From positions 48,236,001 to 48,300,000 of the forward strand of contig OZ024740.1 of NCBI GenBank assembly GCA_964016885.1: DNA of 64,000 bases, written 5' to 3'. This DNA is from Eledone cirrhosa. Lineage: Eukaryota. A program made the translations under genes and the position numbers. This document shows, piece by piece, positions 35,101 through 50,100 of this stretch (positions within the stretch are counted from its first letter, which is position 1; every line of letters starts with the position of its first letter). The notes below the pieces were generated by a model. The model searched no databases and was not told the origin of the DNA. It worked only from the letters and a program-made list of their open reading frames with translations.

Positions 35101-38100
35101 TACTCCCTCCACCACAGTCTCTCTCTTCCATTACTCCCTCCACCACTGTCTCTTCCAGTACTCCCGCCAACACTGTCTCTATCTTCCAGTACTCCCTACA
35201 TCACTGTCTCTCTCTTCTAGTACTCACTCCATCACTGTCTCTCTTTTCCAGTACTCCCGCCAGCACTGTCTCTCTCTTCCAGTACTCCCTCTACCACTGT
35301 CTCTCTCTTCCAGTACTCCCTCCACCACTGTCTCTCTCTTCCAGTACTCCCTCCACCACTGTCACTCTTCCAATACTCTCTCCAACACTGTCTCTATCTT
35401 CCAGTACTCCCTCCATCACTGTCTCTCTCTTCAAGTACTCCCTCCATTACTGTCTCTCTTTTCCAGTACTCCCTCCATCACTGTCTCTAGCTTTCAGTTC
35501 TCCCTCCACCACTGTCTCTCACTTTCAGTAGTCCCTCCAACACTGTCTCTCTTTTTGTACTCCCTCCAGCACTGTCTCTAAATTCCACTGTCTCTCTCTT
35601 CCATGACTCCCTCCACACCTGTCGCTCTTCCAATACTCTCTCCACCACGGTCTCTCTTTTCTAGTACTCCCTCCATCACTGTCTCTCTTCCAGTACTCCC
35701 TCCATCACTGTCACTCTCTTACAGTACTCCCTCCAACATTGTCTCTCTCTTCCAGTACTCCCTCCAAGACAGTCTCTCTCTTCCAGTACAACCTTCACCA
35801 CTGTCTCTATCTTCCATTACTCCCTCCACCACTGTCTCTATCTTCCAGTACTCCCTCCATCACTGTCTCTATCTTCCAGTACTCCCTCCAGCACTGTCTC
35901 TATCTCCCATTACTCCCTCCACCACTGTCTCTCTTCCAGTACTCCCTCCATCACTGTCACTCTCTTCCTGTACTCCCTCCATTGCTGTCTCTCTTCCAGT
36001 ACTCCCTCCATCACTGTCTGTATCTTCCAGTACTCCCTCCAACACTGTGACTCTCTTCCAGTACGCCCTCCATCAGTCTCGCTCTTCCAGTACTCCCTCC
36101 ATCACTGTCTCTCTCTTCCAGTACTCCCTCTAACACTGTCTCTCTCTTCCAGTATTCCCTCCATCACTGTCACTCTCTTCCAGTACTCCCTCTAACACTT
36201 CTCTATCTTACAGTACTCCCTCCATCAGAGTCTCGCTCTGCCAGTACTCCCTCCAACATTGTCTCTATCTTCCAGTACTCCCTCCAACACTGTCTCTATC
36301 TTCCAGTACTCCCTCCATCACTGTCTCTCTCTTCCAGTACTCCCTCCAGCACTGTCTCTCTCTTCCAGTACTCTCTCCAACACTGTCTCTATCTTCCAGT
36401 ACTCCCTCCATCACTGTCTCGCTCTTCAGTACTCCCGCCATCACTGTCACTCTCTTCCAGTACTCCCTCCAACACTGTCTCTATCTTCCACTACTCCCTC
36501 CAACACTGTCTCCATCTTCCAGTACGCCCTCAATCACTGTCTCTCTCTTCTAGTACTCCCTCCAACACTGTCTCTATCTTCCAGTACTTCATCCATCACT
36601 GTCGCACTCTTCCAGTACTTCCTCCATCACTCTCTCTCTTTACCAGTACTCCCTCCATCACTGTCTCTCTCTTATAGTACTCCCTCCAACACTCTCTCTA
36701 TCTTCCAGTACTCCCTCCACCACTGTCTCTATCTTCCAGTACTCCCTCCATCGCTGTCTCTATCTTCCAGTACTCCCTCCATCACAGACTCTCTCTTCCA
36801 GTACTCCCTCCAACACTGTCTCTCTCTTGCAGTACTCCCTCCATCAACTGTCTGTATCATCCAGTACTCCCTCCAATCACTGTCTCTCTCTTCCAGTACT
36901 CCATCCATCATTGTCTCTATCTCCCAGTAATCCCTCCATCACTGTCTCTATCTTCCAGTACGTCCTCCACCACTGTCTCTCTCTCCCATTACTCACTCCA
37001 CCACTGTTTCTTTTCCAGTACTCCCTCCATCACTGTCACTCTCTTCCTGTACTCCCTCCATCGCTGTCTCTCTTCCACTACTCATTCCAACACTGACTCT
37101 ATCTTCCAGTACTCCCTCCATCACAGTCTCTATCTTCGAGTACTCCCTCCAACACTGTCTCTCTCTTCCCGTACGCCCTCAAACACTGTCTCTATCTTCC
37201 AGTACTCCCTCCAAGACAGTCTCGCTCTTCGAGTACTCCCTCCAACACTGTCTCTCTCTTCCAGTACTCCCTCCAACATTGTCTCTCTCTTCCAGTACTC
37301 CCTCCAAGACAGTCTCTCTCTTCCAGTACAACCTTCACGACTGTCTCTATCTTCCATTACTCCCTCCACCACTGTCTCTATCTTCCAGTACTCCCTCCAT
37401 CACTGTCTCTATCTTCCAGTACTCCCTCCAGCACTGTCTCTATCTCCCATTACTCCCTCCACCACTGTCTCTCTTCAAGTACTCCCTCCATCACTGTCAC
37501 TCTCTTCCTGTACTCCCTCCATCGCTGTCTCTCTTCCAGTACTCCCTCCATCACTGTCTGTATCTTCCAGTACTCCCTCCAACACTGTCACTCTCTTCCA
37601 GTACTCTCTCCATCACTGTCTCTCTCTTATAGTACTCCCTCCAACATTCTCTCTATCTTCCAGTACTCCCTCCACCCCTGTCTCTATCTTCCAGTACTCC
37701 CTCCATCGCTGTCTCTATCTTCCAGTACTCCCTCCATCACAGACTCTCTCTTCCAGTACTCCCTCCAACACTGTCTCTATCTTCCAGTACTCCCTCCAAT
37801 CACTGTCTCTCGCTTCCAGTACGCCCCCCACCACTGTATCTCTCTCCCATTACTCACTCCACCACTGTCTCTCTTCCAGTACTCCCTCCATCACTGTCAC
37901 TCTCTTCCTGTACTCCCTCCATCGCTGTCTCTCTTCCACTACTCATTCCAACACTGACTCTATCTTCCAGTACTCCATCCATCACAGTCTCTCTCTTCCC
38001 GTACGCCCTCAAACACTGTCTCTATCTTCCAGTACTCCCTCCAACACTGTCTCTATCTTCCAGTACTCCCTCCATCGCTGTCTCCATCTTCCAGTACTCC

Positions 38101-41100
38101 CTCCATCACAGACTCTCACTTCCAGTACTCCCTCCATCGCTGTCTCTATCTTCCAGTACTCCCTCCATCACAGAGTCTCTCTTCCAGTACTCCCTCCAAC
38201 ACTGTCTCTATCTTCCAGTACTCCCTCGAACACTGTCTCTCTCTTGCAGTACTCCCTCCAAAACTGTCTCTATCTTCCAGTATTCCCGCTAACACTTGTC
38301 TATCTTCCAGTACTCCCTCCATAACTGTCTCTCTCTTCCAGTACTCCCTCCAACACTGTCTCTATCTTCCAGTACTCCTTCCATCGCTGTCTCTCTTCCA
38401 CTACTCCCTCCAACACTGACTCTATCTTCCAGTACTCCCTCCATCACTGTCTCTCTCTTCCAGTACTCCCTCCATCACAGACTCTATCTTCCAGTACTCC
38501 CTCCAACACTGTCTCTATCTTCCAGTACTTCATCCATCACTGTCGCACTCTTCCAGTACTTCCTCCATCACTCTCTCTCTTTACCAGTACTCCCTCCATC
38601 AATGTCTCTCTCTTATAGTACTCCCTCCAACACTCTCTCTATCTTCCAGTACTCCCTCCACCACTGTCTCTATCTTCCAGTACTCCCTCCATCGCTGTCT
38701 CTAATTCCAGTACTCCCTCCATCACAGACTCTCTCTTCCAGTACTCCCTCCAACACTGTCTCTATCTTCCAGTACTCCCTCCAACACTGTCTCTCTGTTG
38801 CAGTACTCCATCCACAGACTGTCTGTATGTTCCAGTACTCCCTCCAATCACTGTCTCTCTCTTCCAGTACTCCCTCCAACACTGTCTCTCTCTTGCAGTA
38901 CTCCCTCCACGGACTGTCTGTATCTTCCAGTACTCCCTCCATCAATGTCTCTCTCTTCCAGTACTCCATCCAACACTGTCTCTATCTCCCAGTAATCCCT
39001 CCATCACTGTCTCTATCTTCCAGTACTCCCTCCAACACTGTCTCTATCTTCGAGTACTCCCTCCAACACTGTCTCTCTCTTCCCGTACGCCCTCAAACAC
39101 TGTCTCTATCTTCCAGTACTCCCTCCAAGACAGTCTCTCTCTTCGAGTACTCCCTCCAACACTGTCTCTCTCTTCCAGTACTCCCTCCAACATTGTCTCT
39201 CTCTTCCAGTACTCCCTCCAAGACAGTCTCTCTCTTCCAGTACAACCTTCACGACTGTCTCTATCTTCCATTACTCCCTCCACCACTGTCTCTATCTTCC
39301 AGTACTCCCTCCATCACTGTCTCTATCTTCCAGTACTCCCTCCAGCACTGTCTCTATCTCCCATTACTCCCTCCACCACTGTCTCTCTTCAAGTACTCCC
39401 TCCATCACTGTCACTCTCTTCCTGTACTCCCTCCATCGCTGTCTCTCTTCCAGTACTCCCTCCATCACTGTCTGTATCTTCCAGTACTCCCTCCAACACT
39501 GTCACTCTCTTCCAGTACTCTCTCCATCACTGTCTCTCTCTTATAGTACTCCCTCCAACACTCTCTCTATCTTCCAGTACTCCCTCCACCCCTGTCTCTA
39601 TCTTCCAGTACTCCCTCCATCGCTGTCTCTGTCTTCCAGTACTCCCTCCATCACAGACTCTCTCTTCCAGTACTCCCTCCAACACTGTCTCTATCTTCCA
39701 GTACTCCCTCCAATCACTGTCTCTCGCTTCCAGTACGCCCCCCACCACTGTCTCTCTCTCCCATTACTCACTCCACCACTGTCTCTCTTCCAGTACTCCC
39801 TCCATCACTGTCACTCTCTTCCTGTACTCCCTCCATCGCTGTCTCTCTTCCACTACTCATTCCAATACTGACTCTATCTTCCAGTACTCCATCCATCACA
39901 GTCTCTCTCTTCCCGTACGCCCTCAAACACTGTCTCTATCTTCCAGTACTCCCTCCAACACTGTCTCTATCTTCCAGTACTCCCTCCATCGCTGTCTCCA
40001 TCTTCCAGTACTCCCTCCATCACAGACTCTCACTTCCAGTACTCCCTCCATCGCTGTCTCTATCTTCCAGTACTCCCTCCATCACAGAGTCTCTCTTCCA
40101 GTACTCCCTCCAACACTGTCTCTATCTTCCAGTACTCCCTCGAACACTGTCTCTCTCTTGCAGTACTCCCTCCAAAACTGTCTCTATCTTCCAGTATTCC
40201 CGCTAACACTTGTCTATCTTCCAGTACTCCCTCCATAACTGTCTCTCTCTTCCAGTACTCCCTCCAACACTGTCTCTATCTTCCAGTACTCCTTCCATCG
40301 CTGTCTCTCTTCCACTACTCCCTCCAACACTGACTCTATCTTCCAGTACTCCCTCCATCACTGTCTCTCTCTTCCAGTACTCCCTCCATCACAGACTCTA
40401 TCTTCCAGTACTCCCTCCAACACTGTCTCTATCTTCCAGTACTTCATCCATCACTGTCGCACTCTTCCAGTACTTCCTCCATCACTCTCTCTCTTTACCA
40501 GTACTCCCTCCATCAATGTCTCTCTCTTATAGTACTCCCTCCAACACTCTCTCTATCTTCCAGTACTCCCTCCACCACTGTCTCTATCTTCCAGTACTCC
40601 CTCCATCGCTGTCTCTAATTCCAGTACTCCCTCCATCACAGACTCTCTCTTCCAGTACTCCCTCCAACACTGTCTCTATCTTCCAGTACTCCCTCCAACA
40701 CTGTCTCTCTGTTGCAGTACTCCCTCCACAGACTGTCTGTATGTTCCAGTACTCCCTCCAATCACTGTCTCCCTCTTCCAGTACTCCCTCCAACACTGTC
40801 TCTCTCTTGCAGTACTCCCTCCACGGACTGTCTGTATCTTCCAGTACTCCCTCCATCAATGTCTCTCTCTTCCAGTACTCCATCCAACACTGTCTCTATC
40901 TCCCAGTAATCCCTCCATCACTGTCTCTATCTTCCAGTACGCCCTCCACCACTGTCTCTCTCTCCCATTACTCACTCCACCACTGTCTCTCTTCCAGTAC
41001 TCCCTCCATCACTGTCACTCTCTTCCTGTACTCCCTCCATCGCTGTCTCTCTCCCACTACTCATTCCAACACTGACTCTATCTTCCAGTACTCCCTCCAT

Positions 41101-44100
41101 CACAGTCTCTCTCTTCCCGTACGCCCTCAAACACTGTCTCTATCTTCCAGTACTCCCTCCAACACTGTCTCTATCTTCGAGTACTCCCTCCAACACTGTC
41201 TCTCTCTTCCAGTACTCCCTCCAACATTGTCTCTCTCTTCCAGTACTCCCTCCAAGACAGTCTCTCTCTTCCAGTACAACCTTCACCACTGTCTCTATCT
41301 TCCATTACTCCCTCCACCACTGTCTCTATCTTCCAGTACTCCCTCCATCACTGTCTCTATCTTCCAGTACTCCCTCCAGCACTGTCTCTATCTCCCATTA
41401 CTCCCTCCACCACTCTCTCTCTTCCAGTACTCCCTCCATCACTGTCACTCTCTTCCTATACTCCCTCCATCGCTGTCTCTCTTCCAGTACTCCCTCCATC
41501 ACTGTCTGTATCTTCCAGTACTCCCTCCAACACTGTCACTCTCTTCCAGTACTCCCCCATCACTGTCTCTCTCTTATAGTACTCCCTCCAACACTCTCTC
41601 TATCTTCCAGTACTCCCTCCACCCCTGTGTCTATCTTCCAGTACTCCCTCCATCGCTGTCTCTATCTTCCAGTACTCCCTCCATCACAGACTCTCTCTTC
41701 CAGTACTCCCTCCAACACTGTCTCTATCTTCCAGTACTCCCTCCATCACAGTCTCTCTCTTCCAGTACTCCCTCCATCAATTGTCTGTATCTTCCAGTAC
41801 TCCCTCCATCACTGTCTCTCTCTCTTCCAGTACTCCATCCAACACTGTCTCTATCTCCCAGTAATCCCTCCATCACTGTCTCTATCTTCCAGTACGCCCT
41901 CCACCACTGTCTCTCTCTCCCATTACTCACTCCACCACTGTCTCTCTTCCAGTACTCCCTCCATCACTGTCACTCTCTTCCTGTACTCCCTCCATCGCTG
42001 TCTCTCTTCCACTACTCATTCCAACACTGACTCTATCTTCCAGTACTCCCTCCATCACAGTCTCTCTCTTCCCGTACGCCCTCAAACACTGTCTCTATCT
42101 TCCAGTACTCCCTCCAACACTGTCTCTATCTTCCAGTACTCCCTCCATCGCTGTCTCCATCTTCCAGTACTCCCTCCATCACAGACTCTCTCTTCCAGTA
42201 CTCCCTCCATCGCTGTCTCTATCTTCCAGTACTCCCTCCGTCACAGACTCTCTCTTCCAGTACACCCTCCAAGAATGTCTCTATCTTCCAGTACTCCCTC
42301 CGACACTGTCTCTCTCTTGCAGTACTCCCTCCAACACTGTCTCTATCTTCCAGTATTCCCGCTAACACTTGTCTATCTTCCAGTACTCCCTCCATCACTG
42401 TCTCTCTCTTCCAGTACTCCCTCCATAACTATCTCTCTCTTCAGTACTCGCGCCATCACTGTCTCTCTCTTCCAGTACTCCCTCCAACACTGTCTCTATC
42501 TTCCAGTACTCCTTCCATCGCTGTCTCTCTTCCACTACTCCCTCCAACACTGACTCTATCTTCCAGTACTCACTCCATCACAGTCTCTCTCTTCCAGTAC
42601 GCCCTCAAACACTGTCTCTATCTTCCAGTACTCCCTCCAACACTGTCTCTATCTTGCAGTGCTCCCTCCATCAACTGTCTGTATCTTCCAGTACTCCCTC
42701 CATCACTGTCACTCTCTTCCAGTACTCCCTCCAACACTGTCTCTATCTTCCAGTACTCCCTCCATCACTGTCTCTCTCTTCCAGTACTCCCGCCAGCACT
42801 GTCTCTCTCTTCCAGTACTCCCCCCAATACTGTCTCTATCTTTCAGTACTCCCTCCAAAACTGTCTCTATCTTCCAGTACTCCCTCCATCAATGTCTCTC
42901 TCTTCCAGTACTTCCTCCATCACTGTATCTCTCTTCCAGTACTCCCTCCATCACTCTCTCTCATTTCCAGTACTCCCTCCAGCACTGTCTCTCTTCCAGT
43001 ACTCCCTCCACCACTGTCTCTCTTCCAATACTCTCTCCAACACTGTCTCTATCTTCCAGTACTCCCACCAACACTGTCTGTCTCTTTCATGACTCCCTCC
43101 ACCACTGTCTCTCTTCCAATAGTCGCTCCAACACTGTCTCTATCTTCCAGTACTCCCTCTATTACTGTCTCTCTTTTCCAGTACTCCCTCTATCACTGTC
43201 TCTGTTCCAATACTCCCTCCAGCACTGTCTCTAACTTCCAGGACTCCCTCCACAACGATCTCTCTTTTTCAGTACTCCCTCCATCACTGTCTCTCTCTTC
43301 CAGTACTACCCCAACACTGTCTATATCTTCCAGTACTCCCCCCACCACTGTCTCTATCTTCCAGTACTCCCTCCATCACTGTCTCTATCTTCCAGTACTC
43401 CCTCCAGCACTGTCTCTATCTCCCATTACTCCCTCCACCACTGTCTCTCATCCAGTACTCCCTCCATCACTGTCTCTCTCTTCCAGTACTCCCTCCATCA
43501 CTGTCTTTCACTTCGAGTACTCCCTCCATCACCGTCACTCTCTTCCAGTACTCCCTCCATCACTGTCTCTCTCTTCCAGTACTCCATCCACCACTGGCTG
43601 TCTTCAGTACTCCCTCCAGCACTGTCTCTATCTCCCATTACTCCCTCCACCACTGTCTCTCTTCCAGTACTCCCTCCATCACTGTCTCTCTCTTCCAGTA
43701 CTCCATCCTACACTGTCTCTATCTTCCAGTACTCCCTCCATCACTGTCTCTCTCTTCTAGTACTCCCTCTATCACTGTCTCAATCTTCTAGTACTCCCTC
43801 CAACACTGTCTCTATCTTCCAGTACTTCCTCCATCACTGTCGCTCTCTTCCAGTACTCCCTCCATCACTCTCTCTCTTTTCCAGTACTCCCTCCAGCACT
43901 GTCTCTCTTCCAGTACTCCCTCCAACACTGTCTCTCTCTTTCATGACTCCCTCCACCACTGTCTCTCTTCCAATACTCTCGCCAGCACTGTCTCTATCTT
44001 CCAGTACTCCCTCCATTACTGTCTCTGTTCCAGTACTCCCTCCAGCACTGTCTCTGACTTCCAGGACTCCCTCCACAACGGTCTCTCTTTTCTAGTAATC

Positions 44101-47100
44101 CCACCATCACTGTCTCTCTCTCTTCCAGTACTCCCTCCAACACTGTCTCTATCTTCCAGTACTCCCTCCATCACTGTCTCTCTCTTACAGTACTCCCTCC
44201 ATCACAGTCTCTCTCTTCCAGTACTCGCTCCAACACTGTTTCTATCTTCCAGTACGCCCTCCAACACTGTCTCTCTCTTCCAGTACTCCCTCCAACACTG
44301 TCTCTCTCTTCCAGTACTCACTCATCACTGTCTGTGCCTTCCGGTTCTCCCTCCATCACTGTCTCTCTCTTCCAGTACTCCCTCCACCACTGTCTCTCTT
44401 CCAGTACTCCCTCCATCACTGTCTTACTCTTCCAGTACTCCATCGATCACTGTCACTCTCTTCCAGTACTCCCCCTAACACTGTCTCTATCTTCCAGTAC
44501 TCCCTCCATCACTGTCACTCTCTTGCAGTACTCCCTCTAACACTTCTCTATCTTACAGTACTCCCTCCATCACAGTCTCCCTCTTCCAGTACTCGCTCCA
44601 ACACTGTCTCCATCTTCCAGTACTCCCTCCAGCACTGTCTCTATTTCCCGGTACTCCCTCCATCACTGTCACTCTCTTCCTGTACTCCCTCAATCGCTGT
44701 CTCTCTTCCACTACTCTCTCCAGCACTGTCTTTCTCTTCCAGTACTCCCTCCATCACTGTCTCTCTCAAGTACTCCCTCTAACGCTACTCTATCTTCCAG
44801 TACTCCCTCCATCACAGTCTCTCTCTTCCAGTACTCCCTCCAACACTGTCTCTATCTTCCAGTACTCCCTCCAACACTGTCTCTCTCTTGCAGTACTCCT
44901 TTCATCAACTGTCTGTATCTTCCAGTACTCCCTCCAACACTGTCTCTCTCTTCCAGTACTCCATCCAACACTGTCTCTATCTTCCAGTACTCCCTCCATC
45001 ACTGTCTCTCTCTTCCAGTACTCCCAACATCACTGTCTCTCTATTCCAGTACTCCCTCCAACATTGTCTCTATCTTCCAGTACTCACACCAACACTTGTC
45101 TATCTTCCAGTACTCCCTCCAACACTGTCTCTATCTTCCAGTACTCCCTCCATCACTGCCTCTCTCTTCCAGTACTCCCTCCAGCACTGTCTCTCTCTTC
45201 CAGTACTCTCTCCAACACTGTCTCTATCTTCCAATACTCCCTCCATCACTGTCTCGCTCTTCAGTACTCCCGGCATCACTGTCACTCTCTTCCAGTACTC
45301 CCTCCAACACTGTCTCTATCTTCCCCCACTCCCTCCAACACTGTCTCTGTCTTCCAGTACTCCATCCAACATTGTCTCTATCTCCCAGTACTCCCTACAA
45401 CCCTGTCTCCATCTTCCAGTACTCCCTCCATCACAAACTCTATCTTCCAGTACTCCCTCCAACACTGTCTCTATCTTCCAGTACTTCATCCATCACTGTC
45501 GCACTCTTCCAGTACTTCCTCCATCACTCTCTCTCTTTACCAGTACTCTCTCCATCACTGTCTCTCTCTTATAGTACTCCCTCCAACACTCTCTCTATCT
45601 TCCAGTACTCCCTCCACCACTGTCACTATCTTCCAGTACTCCCTCCATCGCTGTATCTATCTTCCAGTACTCCCTCCATCACAGACTCTCTCTTCCAGTA
45701 CTCCCTCCAACACTGTCTCTATCTTCCAGTACTCCCTCCAACACTGTTTCTCTCTTGCAGTACTCCCTCCATCAACTGTCTGTATCTTCCAGTACTCACT
45801 CCAATCACTGTCTCTCTCTTCCAGTACTCCATCCAACACTGTCTCTCTCTCCCATTACTCACTCCACCACTGTCTCTCTTCCAGTACTCCCTCCATCACT
45901 CTCACTCTCTTCCTGTACTCCCTCCATCGCTGTCTCTCTTCCACTACTCATTCCAACACTGACTCTATCTTCCAGTACTCCCTCCATCACAGTCTCTCTC
46001 TTCCCGTACGCCCTCAAACACTGTCTCTATCTTCCAGTACTCCCTCCAACACTGTCTCTATCTTCCAGTACTCCCTCCATCGCTGTCTCCATCTTCCAGT
46101 ACTCCCTCCATCACAGACTCTCTCTTCCAGTACTCCCTCCAACACTGTCTCTATCTTCCAGTATTCCCGCTAACACTTGTCTATCTTCCAGTACTTCCTC
46201 CATCACTGTCTCTCACTTCCAGTACTCCCTCCATAACTATCTCTCTCTTCAGTACTCGCGCCATCACTGTCTCTCTCTTCCAGTACTCCCTCCAACACTG
46301 TCTCTATCTTCCAGTACTCCTTCCATCGCAGTCTCTCTTCCACTACTCCCTCCAACACTGACTCTATCTTCCAGTACTCACTCCATCACAGTCTCTCTCT
46401 TCCAGTACGCCCTCAAACACTGTCTCTATCTTCCAGTACTCCCTCCAACACTGTCTCTCTCTTGCAGTGCTCCCTCCATCAACTGTCCGAATCTTCCAGT
46501 ACTCCCTCCAACACTGTCTCTATCTTCCAGTACTCCCTCCATCACTGTCTCTCTCTTCCAGTACTCCCGCCAGCACTGTCTCTCTCTTCCAGTACTCCCC
46601 CCAATACTGTCTCTATCTTCCAGTACTCCCTCCAACACTGTCTCTATCTTCCAGTACTCCCTCCATCACTGTCTCTCTCTTCCAGTACTTCCTCCATCAC
46701 TGTATCTCTCTTCCAGTACTCCCTCCAGCACTGTCTCTCTTCCAGTACTCCCTCCACCACTGTCTCTCTCTTCCATGACTCCTTCAACCACTGTCTCCCT
46801 TCCAATACTCTCTCCAACACTGTCTCTATCTTCCAGTACTCCCTCCAACACTGTCTCTCTCTTCCAGTACTCGCTTCATTACTGTCTCTCTTTTCCAGTA
46901 CTCCCTCCATCACTGTCTCTCTCTTTCAGTAGTCCCTCCAACACTGTCTCTCTTTTCTAGTACTCCCTCCATCACTGTCTCTCTTCCAGTACTCCCTCCA
47001 TCACTGTCACTCTCTTGCTGTACTCCCTCCATCACTGTCTCGCTCTTCAGTACTCCCGCCATCACTGTCACTCTCTTCCAGTAATCCCTCCAACACTGTC

Positions 47101-50100
47101 TCTCTCTTCCAGTACTCCCTCCAACACTGTCTCTATCTTCCATTACTCGCTCAATCACTGTCTCTCTCTTCTAGTACTCCCTCCAACACTGTCTCTATCC
47201 TCCAGTACTTCATCCATCACTGCCGCACTCTTCCAGTACTCCCTCCATCACTCTCTCTCTTTTCCAGTACTCCCTCCATCTCTCTCTCTCTCTCTTAAAG
47301 TACTCCCTCCAACACTGTCTCTATCTTCCAGTACTCCCTCCAACACTGTCTCTAACTTCCAGTACTCCCTCCATCGCTGTCTCTATCTTCCAGTACTCCC
47401 ACCATCACAGAATCTCTCTTCCAGTACTTCCTCCAACACTGTCTCTCTCTTCCAGTACTCCCTCCATCACTGCCTCTCTCTTCCAGTACTCCCTCCAGCA
47501 CAGACTCTCTCTTCCAGTACTCCCTCCAACACTGTCTCTCTCTTCCAGTACTCCCGCCATCACTGTCACTCTCTTCCAGTACTCCCCCCAACACTGTCTC
47601 TATCTTCCACTACTCCCTCCAACACTGTCTCTATCTTCCAGTACTCCATCCAACACTGTTTCTATCTCCCAGTACTCCCTCCATCGCTGTCTCCATCTTC
47701 CAGTACTCCCTCCATCACAGACTCTATCTTCCATTACTCCCTCCAACACAGACTCTCTCTTCCAGTACTCCCTCCAACACTGTCTCTATCTTCCAGTACT
47801 CCCTCCAACACTGTTTCTCTCTTGCAGTACTCCCTCCATCAACTGTCTGTCTCTTCCAGTACTCCCTCCAATCGCTGTCTCTCTCTTCCACTATTCTATC
47901 CAACACTGTCTCTATCTCCCAGTAATCCCTCCATCACTGTCTCTATCTTCCAGTACGCCCTCCACTATTGTCTCTCTCTCCCATTACTCACTCCACCACT
48001 GTCTCTCTTCCAGTACTCCCTCCGTCACTGTCACTCTCTGCCTGTACTCCCTCCACCGCTGTCTCTCTTCCCCTACCCATTCCAACACTGACTCTATCTT
48101 CCAGTACTCCCTCCATCACAGTCTCTCTCTTCCCGTACGCCCTCAAACACTGTCTCTATCTTCCAGTACTCCCTCCAACACTGTCTCTATCTTCCAGTAC
48201 TCCCTCCATCGCTGTCTCCATCTTCCAGTACTCCCTCCATCACAGACTCTCTCTTCCAGTACTCCCTCCATCGCTGTCTCTAACTTCCAGTACTCCCTCC
48301 GTCACAGACTCTCTCTTCCAGTACTCCCTCCAACACTGTCTCTATCTTCCAGTACTCCCTCCACACTGTCTCTCTCTTGCAGTACTCCCTCCAACACTGT
48401 CTCTATCTTCCAGTATTCCCGCTAACACTTGTCTATCTTCCAGTACTCCCTCCAACACTGTCTCTATCTTCCAGTACTCCCTCCATCACTGTCTCTCTCT
48501 TCCAGTACTCCCGCCAGCACTGTCTCTCTCTTCCAGTACTCCCCCCAATACTGTCTCTATCTTCCAGTACTCCCTCCAACACTGTCTCTATCTTCCAGTA
48601 CTCCCTCCATCACTGTCTCTCTCTTTCAGTACTTCCTCCATCACAGTCTCTCTCTTCCAGTACTCCCTCCATCACTCTCTCTCATTTCCAGTACTCCCTC
48701 CAGCACTGTCTCTCTTCCAGTACTCCCTCCACCACTGTCTCTCTCTTCCATGACTCCCTCAACCACTGTCTCTCTTCCAATACTCTCTCCAACACTGTCT
48801 CTATCTTCCAGTACTCCCTCCAACACTGTCTCTCTCTTCCAGTAATCCCTCCATTACTGTCTCTCTTTTCCAGTACTCCCTCCATCACTGTCTCTCTCTT
48901 TCAGTAGTCCCTCCAACACTGTCTCTCTTTTTGTACTCCCTCCAGCACTGTCTCTAAATTCCAGTACTCCCTCCACCACGGTCTCTCTTTTCTAGTACTC
49001 CCTCCATCACTGTCTTTCTTCCAGTACTCCCTCCATCACTGTCACTCTCTTGCTGTACTCCCTCCATCACTGTCTCGCTCTTCAGTACTCCCACCATCAC
49101 TGTCACTCTCTTCCAGTAATCCCTCCAACAATGTCTCTCTCTTCCAGTACTCCCTCCAACACTGTCTATATCTTCCATTACTCGCTCAATCACTGTCTCT
49201 CTCTTCTAGTACTCCCTCCAACACTGTCTCTATCTTCCAGTACTTCATCCATCACTGCCGCACTCTTCCAGTACTCCCTCCATCACTCTCTCTCTTTTCC
49301 AGTACTCCCTCCATCTCTCTCTCTCTCTTATAGTACTCCCTCCAACACTGTCTCTATCTTCCAGTACTCCCTACACCACTGTCTCTAACTTCCAGTACTC
49401 CCTCCATCGCTGTCTCTATCTTCCAGTACTCCCTCCATCACAGACTCTCTCTTCCAGTACTCCCTCCAACACTGTCTCTATCTTCCAGTACTCCCTCCAA
49501 CACTGTCTCTCTCTTGCATTACTCCCTCCATCAACTGTCTGTATCTTCCAGTACTCCCTCCAATCACTGTCTCTCTCTTCCAGTACGCCCTCCACCACTG
49601 TCTCTCTCGCTCCCATTACTCACTCCACCACTGTCTCTCTTCCAATACTCTCTCCAACACTGTCTCTCTCTTCCAGTACTCCCTCAATTACTGTCTCTCT
49701 TTTCCAGTACTCCCTCCATCACTGTCTCTCTCTTTCAGTAGTCCCTCCAACACTGTCTCTCTTTTTGTACTCCCTCCAGCACTGTCTCTAAATTCCAGTA
49801 CTCCCTCCACCACGGTCTCTCTTTTCTAGTACTCCCTCCATCACTGTCTCTCTTCCAGTACTCCCTCCATCACTGTCACTCTCTTGTTGTACTCCCTCCA
49901 TCGCTGTCTCTCTTCCAGTACTCCCTCCATCACAGTCTCGCACTTCCAGTACTCCCTCTACCACTGTCTCTCTTCCAGTACTCCCTCTAACATTGTCTCT
50001 ATCTTCCAGTACTCCCTCCAACACTGTCTCTCTCTTCCAGTACTACCTCCAACACTGTCTCTCTCTTCCAGTACTCCCTCCAACACAGTCTCTCTCTTCC

